DNA of 64,000 nt from Patescibacteria group bacterium (GCA_004297735.1 SCTI01000002.1:350180-414179), one strand, 5' to 3'. Positions 22,301-31,761 are shown, counted from the stretch's first letter. Numbers and translations are program-made. Notes: a model not told the origin generated them from the letters alone.

Positions 22301-22861
22301 GATACCACCTCGGCAGGAGGGATTACCTTTGGCACCGATACCAACCTGTATCGCGGGGCAGCCAATCAATTAAAGACCGACGATACGGTACAGATTAAGA
22401 CGGCCTCCGACTCAACCACCGCCTTCCAGGTTCAAAATGCTAGTGGCACCGCGCTGCTAACTGCCGATACTAGCGGAATGACCATAACGGTACAAGCCCT
22501 GACGGTAACCGCTAACTTAACGGTTAATGGGCATTTAATTACTGGCGGGAGCACGCCATCGGCGGCGGTTAATGCCAATGCTGGTGTTGGGGCAAGCTGT
22601 ACGGTAAGCGGCACCGATACCGCCGGTACGATTACGGTTACGACTGGGTCGAGCGGGGTGGTGGCCGGTACGCAGTGCGCTATTACTTTTGCCACCAACT
22701 TCGGCTCGGCTCCACGAGTGGTGCTAGGGGCTTCGAGCGCCGGCGCTGGTCCACTTGATCCTTATGTCGCGAGTAGCGCAACCAACACGTTTAGTATTGG
22801 AGTGGGTACCGCTGGCGCCACCGGCACGGCCTATAAGTTTGATTATGTGGCGGCCCAGTAA
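19379..22861 (+). CDS. giant (1160 aa) membrane-anchored surface fibre/adhesin-like protein with Gly/Thr/Ser/Asn-rich repeats
   Basis: Own promoter (tataat 19349-19354). Pro/Ala-rich N-terminus, one TM (LILTILVIILVLAMVIPV), then a long low-complexity beta-rich region with internal repeats at about 21.50-21.59 kb and 22.30-22.39 kb. Confidence 0.7.
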   Translation: MLHFGDNRLDDNRLQQSGLQASSPTPNTPPGAGPLAYQNAPAAPAVPAAAPTSAPRPAAKTKFDQYTTPSVKTIPESKRAELEKLSRPRLNRIRLILTILVIILVLAMVIPVTYMVIDAIRAGQSKQSSQDKKGGEYVVTSIPLSDLVKAGDISISDSRQVNINGQLRVNNSLIIAPSQEPVNPVQGQLYLNQQTNQLYYYNGTQFVDVVTGAQIAQLNAAITANSAQTITVGAGLQRVGNELINTGVLALPQALDVVSSPTFGGLNLSSALAVGNGGTGSATAAGARVNLGAAASGANTDITSLGALTAVSPTAGVTYNFNSDPAGTYQFCTTAGNCSVVNGITGTGTAGRLAKFSGSQVVADSLLSETGTTATVNGDLAVTGNISGNGANITSLSASNISTGTLSDSRLSSNVALLNRNNQTFTGTNHVLRNSSNTGNAFQVQDASGSNVFNVDTITHDITTDYGNLYINALGTVSPTLSSSGSGGTLTAATYYYRVSAYSAGSQLSGAIDTTPSSATTTGSTSRNMISWSAVSGAAGYYIYRSTDGGATYRRIDVGNVTSAIDNGTTYTWTGADYSGDKWFNYTGNIYLEHGAGVNFNSGNAQIAEDLRGELEIANYNTGGLSGGVAVYSDYFGVYDTTDYHTNLYMDRDGKTTFSNRVDSTAGFLVQDAAGGNLLVVDTLNQQLAVGPSAVPGNSVLTVGGDTTSSAGGITLGTDTNLYRSAANTVKTDGNLQATGSAAFGSTATILNTGAQRATVNIDESYADTTGVSTVNGLNSTVTVNSPSANNTGFLGLDSVVLLDGDSNYTGSAIGSYSYVQKTGAGTASWLNGAEHDVYNYSTGTVANGVGVFGYLNQASDAGTITNGNGVWGQSEISGAGSIQNASGLIGAVYNYGTGTITSGYGLLVKPATNSGGGSFANNYGVYINDQSAVGSTSSYNLYSAGANAKNYLAGKLQVGSSNTASRVNIGTDTDTTSAGGITFGTDTNLYRGAANQLKTDDTVQIKTASDSTTAFQVQNASGTALLTADTSGMTITVQALTVTANLTVNGHLITGGSTPSAAVNANAGVGASCTVSGTDTAGTITVTTGSSGVVAGTQCAITFATNFGSAPRVVLGASSAGAGPLDPYVASSATNTFSIGVGTAGATGTAYKFDYVAAQ

Positions 22862-22926
22862 GAACAAGCAGCCACTCAGACTCAAAATAGTTGACATGTT
22901 AATTATATCTCCATAGATTAGAGGGT

Positions 22927-23385
22927 ATGAACGGAAATAATCAGCAAGTAAATAAGTCGATGAGCTTTAAGCTACATCAGGTGGTTAAGCTGCTTCACCA
23001 TCAGGCTGATGTTATTTTGCAGCAGGAGCTGGGCATTAGCTTTAGCCAGTATCTGGTGCTTAAGGTGACTACGCAGATGGAGGGTCCGTCACAGCGTGAT
23101 GTCGCTGCTTGTCTCGACATTACTCCGGCGGCCATCAGTCGGCACATTGATGGTTTGTGTGAGCGCGGGCTGATGCACAAAGAGGCACAGCCAGATAATC
23201 GAAGGCAGCACAGCTTGCGGTTAACCAGGGTTGGCGTCAGCAAGGCCGAAAGTGCCCAGCGATTACTGAGCGAGCGATTCGACAACTTGATGGCTACCCA
23301 GCTAAATGAGACGGAGATAGCCCAGCTAGAGGTTTCTTTAGATAAGCTGATTGTTGCCCTGCAAAATGATAAATTTCTACACTAA
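22927..23385 (+). CDS. MarR-family transcriptional regulator
   Basis: Winged HTH region (SQRDVAACLDITPAAISRHIDGLCERGLM...LTRVG). Confidence 0.8.
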   Translation: MNGNNQQVNKSMSFKLHQVVKLLHHQADVILQQELGISFSQYLVLKVTTQMEGPSQRDVAACLDITPAAISRHIDGLCERGLMHKEAQPDNRRQHSLRLTRVGVSKAESAQRLLSERFDNLMATQLNETEIAQLEVSLDKLIVALQNDKFLH

Positions 23386-23397
23386 CGAGGAGAAAAC

Positions 23398-26300
23398 ATG
23401 AGTACCGAAAAACAGCCGCAATATAACTGGGTCGCCCGCTTGACCGGGTTCTTTTTAAGGAACACCCAGATTGCTATTGTGCTGTTTTTGGTAATTGTGG
23501 TGAGCGGGCTGGTTTCGCTATTAAGCTTGCAGCGAGAAGGATTTCCGCAGGTGCCGGTTAAGGTAGCGGTAATTCAGACCGTATATAAAGGGGCTGCCCC
23601 CGCCGAGATTGAGCGAAGTGTCACCAACCCAATCGAGACCGCGCTCAAGGGCAACAACAACATCAAGGAGCTTAGCTCACAGTCGCGTGATAGTGCCTCG
23701 GTAATTACGGCCACAATTGAGCCAAGTGCCGATTTGGACTCGGCGATACAAGAGATTAACGGTAAGGTAGCGGCGGTTCAACTACCGAACGATGCCGAAA
23801 AGCCAAGCGTGTTTCAGCCCGCTACCGGTGGAGCCGCTTTCACCTATGGGCTAACCGGCGGATCAACTCTCGACCTACTTAAGCAGGGCCGCATCTTTGA
23901 GCAAGAGATGAGCCAGGTAAAGGGGGTGAAAGAGGTTAAGGCCGATGTTAACGCTGAGGCTGAGGTTGAGGTAACATTCGATACCGTCAAGCTGGTGGCT
24001 AACGGTGTTGATATTAGTAAGATAAGCGACACAGTGGCGGCGTCTAATGTTAACATTCCGGCCGGACAGGTCACCGCCGGTTCGGTCAACTCAACCGTTA
24101 TTATGGCTGGACGGCTGGAGTCGCTGGAGCAACTACAGGAGGTTCGCTTGCCAACTGCTGGTGGTGGGGTGGTCCGCTTGGGCGACGTGGCAACGGTGAG
24201 TCAGCGGGTGAATAAGGACGATCAGTTGACTCGCTTTGGTTACCAAAAAGAGGGTAAGCCGGTTGGCGTTGAAGGTTTGACCTACAGCATTCAGCTGCGT
24301 GACGACGCCGATATCTTACAGGTTGATGGAGAGCTGCAAAAGGCGGTCGAACGGCTAAAGCAAGACAAGATCATTGCCGAGAACGTAGAGGTGGTACGGC
24401 TGTATGATCAGGCTGAATCAACGCGTCAGCAGATTCACGAGATCGTGGCCGGTGCCTTTGGTGAGCATTGGGAGAATATTGGCTGGTTTGGGCTGGCCGG
24501 ATTCTTGTTTGGTGGTATTTGGCTGCTAGCCATTGCCATGGCGGTGTTTGTAAACGTTCGAGCGGCTTTGGTGGCCGCCATATCGGTGCCATTAAGCTTT
24601 TTTGTGACGGTGACAACGCTGTATGTCGGCGGGGTGACGCTTAATACCCTAACGCTGTTTTCGATGATTCTGGTGCTTGGTTTGGTGGTTGATCCGGTGA
24701 TTGTGGTGCTCGAGGCGCTACAGCGCTATAAAGACCGTGGTTATCAAGGAATTGAGGCGGCCATGCGAGCGGTCGATAGTGTGGGTCTGGGCGTACTGAT
24801 GGCGGTATTAATTTCAACAATCGTGTTCATTCCATTTGGTATTGTATCGGGTGTGTTTGGCGAGATTATCCGCTTTATTCCGATCACGGTGATCCCGGCC
24901 TTAGTGGCATCCTTCTTTGTACCAATTCTGTTTTTAACCGCGATTGGCAATCGAGTACTTAAATCGCATCACAAAGACGGTGAGGATACCAGCGAAGAAG
25001 CTTCGCTGTGGCGAGTTAGTTTGTGGTTCCAGCGGACCAACCGCTCAATCTTAAAGCGTTGGCCGCTACAAGTGGCGATCATCGCCGTGGCGGCGGTTCT
25101 ACCAATCGCAATTGCCGGGTTCCTGTTTGGCACCGGCCGGATTGAAAGCGTTCAGTTTTCGAAGCCGGATGATACCGAAGCCTTAACCGTGACGGTCAGC
25201 TACCCTGCCGCCCGTAGCACGGCGTCGGTTGAGCAGCTGGCTCAAAAAACCGAGCAAGCATTGAGCGATCATGGAGAGATTCGGAGTTACCTGTACCAGC
25301 AGCAATCGCCGGGGAGCTTTACAATCCTGGCCAACCTAACTCCTCCTAGCGAGCGTGAGCGTAAGTCCACCGAGATTGTTGATGATATTCGCGGCGAGCT
25401 ACCCAGTGAGCCGGGACAGGTTTACGCTAGCGCCGAAACGCTGGGAAGCGGCACGCCGGTACCGGAGTTTCCGGTACAGCTTCAGGTTTACGATAACGAC
25501 CAAAAGAAGTTAAAAGACTTTTCGGTTGCTGCCGGCGAGTACTTGCGCGGGGTTGAGGGGGTTAAGCGAGTTTCGGATGGCTACACCGATGGCGATCCAG
25601 CTCAAATCACGGTTACTCCTAATATTGCTTCTTTGGCGGCGGTTGGTTTGACGCCCGCCAGCTTTGGCGGACAGATTGCCGGTGTGATTGGTGAGCAGGA
25701 TCTGACCAAACTCCAGCTTGATAGCGGCGAGGTAGCGGTTATGGGCCATTACAGTAACGGAGCCAAGCCGGCCACCGAAAGCGATATTGCCGCCTTGACC
25801 GTTAGTACGCCAAGTGGTCCGGTTGCGGTTGGCAGTGTGGCTACGGTTACGTCTGCACCAGGTATTGGCTCAATCAACCATTTTAACGGCAATCGTTTTG
25901 CTACGGTTAAGGCCCAGCTGAATGAAGGTGTTGATCAGTTTGCAGTACAGGAAAAGCTAAACACTTGGGCAAAAGATAATCGCGAACGCTTTGGCCTGCT
26001 CGAGGATGCATTTGAGTCAAAGGGCGAAGGTGACGAAATTGTTAAGTCGTTCCAAGAGCTGTTTGTGGCGTTGGGCGCGGCTATCTTGCTTACCTACGTG
26101 GTGCTGGCACTGTTCTTCCGCTCCTTCTTGCAGCCACTAATTATCACCTTTGCGGTGCCGCTCAGCTTTATTGGGGTGTTCCCGGCGCTATATTGGTTTG
26201 GCGGCGGTCAGTTTGGCTTTTTGGAGATCTTGGGCATGATCACCCTGGTCGGAATCGTGGAGAATGTTGGTATCTTTGTGATCGACTATGCCAACCGTCG

Positions 26301-26589
26301 GGTTAAGGAGGGGATGGATCATCGTGATGCAATCGCACTTGCCACCGCGGTCAGGTTCCGGCCAATCTTCCTGACCAAGGTGTGTGCGTTGGGTTCGTTG
26401 TTGCCCCTGGCGATCATTAGCCCATTTTGGCGCGGCTTGGCGGCGGTGATTGTGGCCGGTATCTTAACCTCCGGCATTACATCGCTGTTTACCACACCAA
26501 TTTTGTACCATTGGGTTGAAAGCTTTACCGCTTGGCGCCACCGTTTTGGTTCACGCATATCGGCTCGTTGGCGCCGTCGTAACGCCTAG
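23398..26589 (+). CDS. RND-superfamily efflux transporter permease (AcrB/MMPL-like)
   Basis: 1063 aa, two 6-TM bundles with large extracytoplasmic loops. aggag RBS. Directly after MarR. Confidence 0.8.
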   Translation: MSTEKQPQYNWVARLTGFFLRNTQIAIVLFLVIVVSGLVSLLSLQREGFPQVPVKVAVIQTVYKGAAPAEIERSVTNPIETALKGNNNIKELSSQSRDSASVITATIEPSADLDSAIQEINGKVAAVQLPNDAEKPSVFQPATGGAAFTYGLTGGSTLDLLKQGRIFEQEMSQVKGVKEVKADVNAEAEVEVTFDTVKLVANGVDISKISDTVAASNVNIPAGQVTAGSVNSTVIMAGRLESLEQLQEVRLPTAGGGVVRLGDVATVSQRVNKDDQLTRFGYQKEGKPVGVEGLTYSIQLRDDADILQVDGELQKAVERLKQDKIIAENVEVVRLYDQAESTRQQIHEIVAGAFGEHWENIGWFGLAGFLFGGIWLLAIAMAVFVNVRAALVAAISVPLSFFVTVTTLYVGGVTLNTLTLFSMILVLGLVVDPVIVVLEALQRYKDRGYQGIEAAMRAVDSVGLGVLMAVLISTIVFIPFGIVSGVFGEIIRFIPITVIPALVASFFVPILFLTAIGNRVLKSHHKDGEDTSEEASLWRVSLWFQRTNRSILKRWPLQVAIIAVAAVLPIAIAGFLFGTGRIESVQFSKPDDTEALTVTVSYPAARSTASVEQLAQKTEQALSDHGEIRSYLYQQQSPGSFTILANLTPPSERERKSTEIVDDIRGELPSEPGQVYASAETLGSGTPVPEFPVQLQVYDNDQKKLKDFSVAAGEYLRGVEGVKRVSDGYTDGDPAQITVTPNIASLAAVGLTPASFGGQIAGVIGEQDLTKLQLDSGEVAVMGHYSNGAKPATESDIAALTVSTPSGPVAVGSVATVTSAPGIGSINHFNGNRFATVKAQLNEGVDQFAVQEKLNTWAKDNRERFGLLEDAFESKGEGDEIVKSFQELFVALGAAILLTYVVLALFFRSFLQPLIITFAVPLSFIGVFPALYWFGGGQFGFLEILGMITLVGIVENVGIFVIDYANRRVKEGMDHRDAIALATAVRFRPIFLTKVCALGSLLPLAIISPFWRGLAAVIVAGILTSGITSLFTTPILYHWVESFTAWRHRFGSRISARWRRRNA

Positions 26590-26631
26590 GCTTACTTTAC
26601 AAAGACTTAGCCTGGCTTTAGGCTAATATCA

Positions 26632-27213
26632 ATGAAGGCACGTTACTTTTTTATAGCATCGGCAGTAGCCCTGGTGGTGGCGGTAAATTTTTTAATCCAG
26701 TATCAGCGTTCGATTAATGCTACCGCTCGTCAGGTTAAGGCCGATGATGTGGCCGCTGCGCCAACCGATACGTCAATGCTGGCGCTACAGAAGCGCGTGG
26801 AGTCGCATATGGGCACCTCGGTGGCGATTGTGCTGGAGGGCAGCTACCAGCGGGCGGTTGATGCTGCTCAGGCGGCAGCTAGCCCCCAGGCTAACGCCAG
26901 TGTGTATGCTCAGGCCCAGGCAGCCTGTGCTAAAAGCGGGGATTCGATAAAGCAGTCGAAGTGTGTCACCAATTACGTCAACAGTCATTCGGCGCCGGCG
27001 GCCAACCCTCAGCCAATGGTGATGCCGGATAAAGCGGCTTATACCAAGAGCTTTCATGGATCGAGCTGGACGATGGACGGAACCGGGATCGCGTTGCTAG
27101 TGGCAATGTTGTGTGCCGGTTGGGGACTGTTCTTGCTTGCTCAACCTAAGCGCCATACTCATCCTCAGCGGTATGAGCACCAGGTTTACCGGGGCCCTAA
27201 CCCAAGGTTGTAA
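26632..27213 (+). CDS. hypothetical protein with N- and C-terminal TM segments
   Basis: 193-aa ORF, no motif. Confidence 0.4.
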   Translation: MKARYFFIASAVALVVAVNFLIQYQRSINATARQVKADDVAAAPTDTSMLALQKRVESHMGTSVAIVLEGSYQRAVDAAQAAASPQANASVYAQAQAACAKSGDSIKQSKCVTNYVNSHSAPAANPQPMVMPDKAAYTKSFHGSSWTMDGTGIALLVAMLCAGWGLFLLAQPKRHTHPQRYEHQVYRGPNPRL

Positions 27214-27221
27214 GAGCGCTA

Positions 27222-27722
27222 TTACTTGGTGTAGTCGCGGATTGCCTTGGTGACCTTACCGTCTTCTTTGAGGTTTTCCCAGAACAGTACTTGATCACGA
27301 GAGATGTACATGGCATCTTCGGGGCCGTGCAGCTCATTACCAAGCTTGGCTAGTGATACCTGAGGCTGCTTGCTTTGGTCGTTTTTGGCGGCATCGGGTT
27401 GGACCGACTGCTGTACCTGCAAGTAGTAAATATCGCTCAGGCGGAGGTAGTTGTTGTTGACTTGCTTGAGTTTACCGAAGTAAACCTGTCCGTTAGCCAA
27501 GAAAACGGCTTGGTACTGCTTGCTGTTAACCTGAACGTTGTTGCTCAGGCTCCCGGCCAGGCGGACGCCCAAATAGGTAATCAGGCTGATCGCGGCCACA
27601 ATTAAAACAACGATTAAGGTGTTTTCGAGAAAGCTGCGGCGAACTCGGCCGCCGTTTGAGCTGCGGACATGAGTCGTTGCTTTGGTATTATCTAGATTAT
27701 TACTGTTTCGACGTAGTTCCAT
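27222..27722 (-). CDS. hypothetical membrane-anchored protein
   Basis: 166 aa, single TM after a basic N-terminus. Confidence 0.45.
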   Translation of the reverse strand: MELRRNSNNLDNTKATTHVRSSNGGRVRRSFLENTLIVVLIVAAISLITYLGVRLAGSLSNNVQVNSKQYQAVFLANGQVYFGKLKQVNNNYLRLSDIYYLQVQQSVQPDAAKNDQSKQPQVSLAKLGNELHGPEDAMYISRDQVLFWENLKEDGKVTKAIRDYTK

Positions 27723-27909
27723 ACCACTCCACTCTTTAGCATTAGCACTATATCAAAGTATAGTAAAACAACCGATTTGATGCAAATTAGCCCTTAACGC
27801 TTAAGGTTAATTTTTCTCGGAGAAAACCGGCTTTTTCAGGTGAGTTTTTATTGACAAAGGAGCAACCATTAGCTTAATCTGAAAACCAGGTTAATTAAGT
27901 GAGGAAAAC

Positions 27910-28107
27910 ATGGCTTACAACCATACGAATTCAAAGGGTCAGACCTATTATCTACACCAGCGCGACGTAACCCTAAAGGGTGGCCGCCAGCAACGTATTT
28001 ACTTCTTTGCCCGCGAGGTCAAGGATGGAGCGATTGACGCATTGCCAGAAGGTTACGTGGTAGTTGAAAACCCACGCACCGGTCTGCCGATCCTCAAGAA
28101 GGGCTAA
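27910..28107 (+). CDS. small hypothetical protein (65 aa)
   Basis: aggaaaa RBS, ttgaca -35 at 27853. Followed by terminator. Confidence 0.4.
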   Translation: MAYNHTNSKGQTYYLHQRDVTLKGGRQQRIYFFAREVKDGAIDALPEGYVVVENPRTGLPILKKG

Positions 28108-28128
28108 ACCTTTTAGTCCAACTACCAA

Positions 28129-28156
28129 GACCGCCCAAACGGGCGGTTTTTGGTTT
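28129..28156 (+). terminator. rho-independent terminator
   Basis: ccgccc-aaac-gggcgg stem followed by tttttggttt. Confidence 0.5.
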
Positions 28157-28265
28157 GGGCTAGCTATTATTTGAACGTTACTCAAAAAGCACTAGACAAC
28201 CGTGGGCAACCGGAGCATAATCGCAACCGGTTTAATAACTGTACCTACCATGCCTAGGAGGGAAG

Positions 28266-29303
28266 ATGCGCCAGCTGTTTGTAGCTGTGGTTTTGTTGTG
28301 CGCGTTGGCCTTCCCGGCAAGCGTACAGGCAGCTCCATACTTCGATTTCGGCGTCCATGATGATGGCGCCGTTGTGTTTAATCGCGACCATCAGCGCCAG
28401 CCGGTGCTGAGGCGGGCGCGTGACATCGGCGCCACCTGGCTCCGCACCATCATCTACCGTGATCGCGTTCAAGGCGGTAACTTTCGGGTTTACCGGCGTT
28501 CGATTCGGGATGTCTACCGCCATCATTTTCACGTTCAAGCGGTAATTGAATGTAGCGGTCAGGCCTGGACACCGGATAGCTTTGCGGCCTACGTCAAACG
28601 GGTGGTGCGGCAGCTCCAACCATTAGTGCGACGCTGGAGTATCTGTAACGAGCCCAATCAACCTGGCTGGCTAACCGCTATACCGGGCTACGATCTACCG
28701 ACCACCTACCGCTGGCTGTACCTTGCCGGCTACAGCGCGGTCAAACAGGTTCAGCCTCAGGCGGCGGTGCTGTTTGGCGAGCTTAGTTCCAACTACTACC
28801 CGCTAGAGTTTATGCGGAAGGTGTTTTGCGATCAGGGCGATTTGGATGGTAATTGCACTCAGCTTAAGACCAGCTGTGTGGCTTACCATCCTTACCAGCA
28901 GGAAAGCCCGCTATCACCCAGTAATGTGCCGTTTACGGTTGGCATTGGCTCGCTTAACTTACTGGTTGATGATCTCGATCAGCTCCATGCAAAAAACCTG
29001 TTAACCACCGCCAATGGCGTTGATCGTCCGCCACTGTGCCTAACCGAGTTCGGCTACCAGAGTCGGGCTCGCGGTATACTGAGGGTCCGTAACGTACCGG
29101 ACGAGGTGCGCAAGCAGCGTTGGCGTGAGGCTTTTAACTTGGTTTGCAAGTCGCCGATCATCAAGCAGATCTTTCTGTATCAGATGCAGTCAGAAGCAAG
29201 GGGCCGGTGGGATACCAGCATCATGAGCCGGAGCGGTCAGCCGGATAAGACCTACTTTGGCATTCGCAGCTGGCGTTATGCTCACCCTGAGTGCATGCGT
29301 TAG
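28266..29303 (+). CDS. secreted glycoside hydrolase, clan GH-A (TIM-barrel)-like
   Basis: Signal peptide (AFPASVQA-AP). ICNEPN (acid/base NEP motif) and LTEFGY (nucleophile) spaced as in GH5/GH39-type enzymes. Confidence 0.55.
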   Translation: MRQLFVAVVLLCALAFPASVQAAPYFDFGVHDDGAVVFNRDHQRQPVLRRARDIGATWLRTIIYRDRVQGGNFRVYRRSIRDVYRHHFHVQAVIECSGQAWTPDSFAAYVKRVVRQLQPLVRRWSICNEPNQPGWLTAIPGYDLPTTYRWLYLAGYSAVKQVQPQAAVLFGELSSNYYPLEFMRKVFCDQGDLDGNCTQLKTSCVAYHPYQQESPLSPSNVPFTVGIGSLNLLVDDLDQLHAKNLLTTANGVDRPPLCLTEFGYQSRARGILRVRNVPDEVRKQRWREAFNLVCKSPIIKQIFLYQMQSEARGRWDTSIMSRSGQPDKTYFGIRSWRYAHPECMR

Positions 29304-29364
29304 CTTACGGCCACCCCATCTGGGGTGGCCGTTTAGATTAGGGGTCTTTACAATTAAAAAATAG

Positions 29365-31524
29365 TTGTTACGCTTAGGCCATAGCTACTTAAACCGATGC
29401 GGGATGGCATCAGACATGAAGCACTCAGCAAAGCTGATCGCAAAAAAGAGGCTAAATCGAAAACGGATCTTAATATTTACCGCTCTAGTCGCGTTGGCTG
29501 GAGTCGTGGCGATTATCACTTCCTTTGCCGCAGTTATTACCACTATTCAAGCCGAAAACATCAACTTTAGCCGTAAGGCCATTGGCTACGATCCCGCTAA
29601 AAAGGCCATTGCCTCGCTTTACTGGAACGCAAGTGGTTCTACTCAGGTAACCTTACCGACCAATACCACCAACCTGACCATTGTGGCTAAGGGCACTAGG
29701 TGTAACGGTTCCCCAATTATGACCGTTCAAATCGATGGCGAGCAGGTTGCTAGCATGCCGGTATCGGTTAACGCTTGGCGCAACTACTCGATCCCGCTCA
29801 ACCTTCAACCGGGCACCTATATTGTGTCGGTTAGCTTTAATAATGATTATGTCAGAGGGGGTACCTCTCCCTGTGATCGCAACCTGTTCCTTGATACGCT
29901 TAACTTTACCGGTAACGATCCGACCCCCAAGGTAACCACACCGCTCCAGGGGGAGAGTCTGACGTATGCACCCGGCAAGGCCAGTATTGGCACCGGCCCG
30001 ACGAGAGAAGAAAAAGCTTTATCAATGTGGTCAAATGGTATGGCTCAGGGGCAGCTTAATCTAGCCGGCTCATCTAACCGTCTAACCGCCTACATTAGAG
30101 GTGACCAGTGCGATGGTGCGCCATTTATGACGCTTTACGTTGACGGCAAGCAAGTCGTGGCTAAGCACGTCAGGTTTAATAACTGGGGACAGATATCGGC
30201 ACCGGTTGCGGTTGGCTCCGGCCAGCACACCGTAGCGGTTGGTTTCACCAATGATTATGGCCGCCTTAACAGCACAGGGTCATTTATTTGTGACCGCAAT
30301 CTACATGTCGATAAGTTGGTGTTTGAAGGCCCGATGCCGGTGCAGCCACCGGTGCAGGTACTGCCGACGGCGCCAACTGGACTCAAGGTTCTAAAATATG
30401 AGAATGGTAGCGTTACGCTACAGGCAACGGTTGATGCTAACACCGCTACAGCTGGCGTGGGATACACGGTCAACGGTCAGGCCGGGCCACCGGTTGCCGA
30501 TGCGGTGCGAATGGGTAGTGTAGTAACGATGACCATACCCAACATTCCACCTGGCGCAGCCATGGTTATGAAGATGGCCGGTAAGAACGGTACCGGGACC
30601 GGACCGCAAAGTGCTCCGCTCAACTTTACCGCCCCAGTGGCCGCACCAAACTCGCCCCCAACCGCCTTTACCGGCAGCGTGATCGGCATGCATGGTGGTG
30701 CTCGTGACATTGATTACCGGGCAACCCGAAGTCTTAAGCCAAAGCTGGTTCGCGTAGGTGGCTTGTCGGCGACGATGACTCGATCTCAAATCCAGGCAAT
30801 TGCGAGCGAGTACGCCAAGACTAGCACTCGTATTATTGCCCTGGTTGACTTTAATGAGGCGGCACCGAGTGAGGCCGAAAGCCGCAACATTGGAACCTGG
30901 GCTACCATACCGGGACTCGAGGCAATTGAGTTTGGCAACGAACCCTGGCTGCAAAATGAAAGTTGGGATTACGCTCAGTACGCCCGCAGCTATAAAGCGG
31001 CTTACGATGCGGTTAAAGCGGCCAATCCAAGTATGGTGCTGATTGCCCAGGGTGATTCAGCCAACCGTGGTCACCGTCCGGGCCTGCGGGTGATGCAAGA
31101 GATTAAAAACCTCGGTATTAAACCTAAGGCAATTCAAATCCACCCATATGGCCCCGACTACCTCAACCGACTGGGTGATGCGCGACGTGACCTAAAGGAC
31201 GTTGGCTGGTCCACCGGAGTTGATATTTGGGTGACCGAGGTTGGAGTTTCGACCGATAACGGCCGCACCGTTTACCAGGGTGGTACGCCTAACAACTATG
31301 GCTGGAATGCAGCCATGACCTATGCTGAGGCCGGTAAAACGATTGACCAGGTTACTTCTGACCTGCTGGCACAGGGCGTAACGCGCATCATTGTTTACAT
31401 GGGCACCGACTATCGTGCTCCAGGCACCTCGAACGAGCGTGAGTACTACTTTGGCTTAACCAAGACTGACGGTGGCGATAAGGGCGATTTAAGTACTGTG
31501 ATGCGCCGGCTGTTTAACCGCTAA
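29365..31524 (+). CDS. multidomain membrane-anchored glycoside hydrolase: 2x CBM-like beta-sandwich repeats + FN3-like + clan GH-A catalytic domain
   Basis: Likely start at MKHSAKL (29416) with signal anchor. Two ~130-aa repeats ending ..NDY..G.S.CDRNL.VD.L.F. C-terminal EFGNEPW and IWVTEVG motifs. Confidence 0.55.
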   Translation: MLRLGHSYLNRCGMASDMKHSAKLIAKKRLNRKRILIFTALVALAGVVAIITSFAAVITTIQAENINFSRKAIGYDPAKKAIASLYWNASGSTQVTLPTNTTNLTIVAKGTRCNGSPIMTVQIDGEQVASMPVSVNAWRNYSIPLNLQPGTYIVSVSFNNDYVRGGTSPCDRNLFLDTLNFTGNDPTPKVTTPLQGESLTYAPGKASIGTGPTREEKALSMWSNGMAQGQLNLAGSSNRLTAYIRGDQCDGAPFMTLYVDGKQVVAKHVRFNNWGQISAPVAVGSGQHTVAVGFTNDYGRLNSTGSFICDRNLHVDKLVFEGPMPVQPPVQVLPTAPTGLKVLKYENGSVTLQATVDANTATAGVGYTVNGQAGPPVADAVRMGSVVTMTIPNIPPGAAMVMKMAGKNGTGTGPQSAPLNFTAPVAAPNSPPTAFTGSVIGMHGGARDIDYRATRSLKPKLVRVGGLSATMTRSQIQAIASEYAKTSTRIIALVDFNEAAPSEAESRNIGTWATIPGLEAIEFGNEPWLQNESWDYAQYARSYKAAYDAVKAANPSMVLIAQGDSANRGHRPGLRVMQEIKNLGIKPKAIQIHPYGPDYLNRLGDARRDLKDVGWSTGVDIWVTEVGVSTDNGRTVYQGGTPNNYGWNAAMTYAEAGKTIDQVTSDLLAQGVTRIIVYMGTDYRAPGTSNEREYYFGLTKTDGGDKGDLSTVMRRLFNR

Positions 31525-31593
31525 TAAAAGCAAAACGCCCCACCGACCCAAGGCCGGTAAGGGCGCTTGCGCGGTAGGGCGCGGTGAGCGGGG

Positions 31594-31761
31594 CTAGTAG
31601 CCGGGCTCGAACTCGAAACCTTCGAGGTTTTGGGCTGCCTCGCTGACGCGGGCATCATCCTGATCGCGACAGGCCTTGGAGCAGGGCTGGCCGTCGCCGC
31701 TCGAGCGCAGGCAGGTCGGGCAGATCTCCTGGTCGACTGTGAACTCGTCTTCGTCCATCAT
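31594..31761 (-). CDS. small Cys-rich protein (55 aa; CPTC...C..C), high-GC islet
   Basis: aggagg RBS, ATGA overlap with the upstream gene. MMDEDEFTVDQEICPTCLRSSGDGQPCSKACRDQDD... Below the ORF-track cutoff. Confidence 0.3.
   Translation of the reverse strand: MMDEDEFTVDQEICPTCLRSSGDGQPCSKACRDQDDARVSEAAQNLEGFEFEPGY

Noticed and set aside
27723-27909. TTAGCACT-like sequence upstream of the 65-aa ORF as a third CIRCE
   Set aside because: Only the left half matches; there is no inverted partner at N9.
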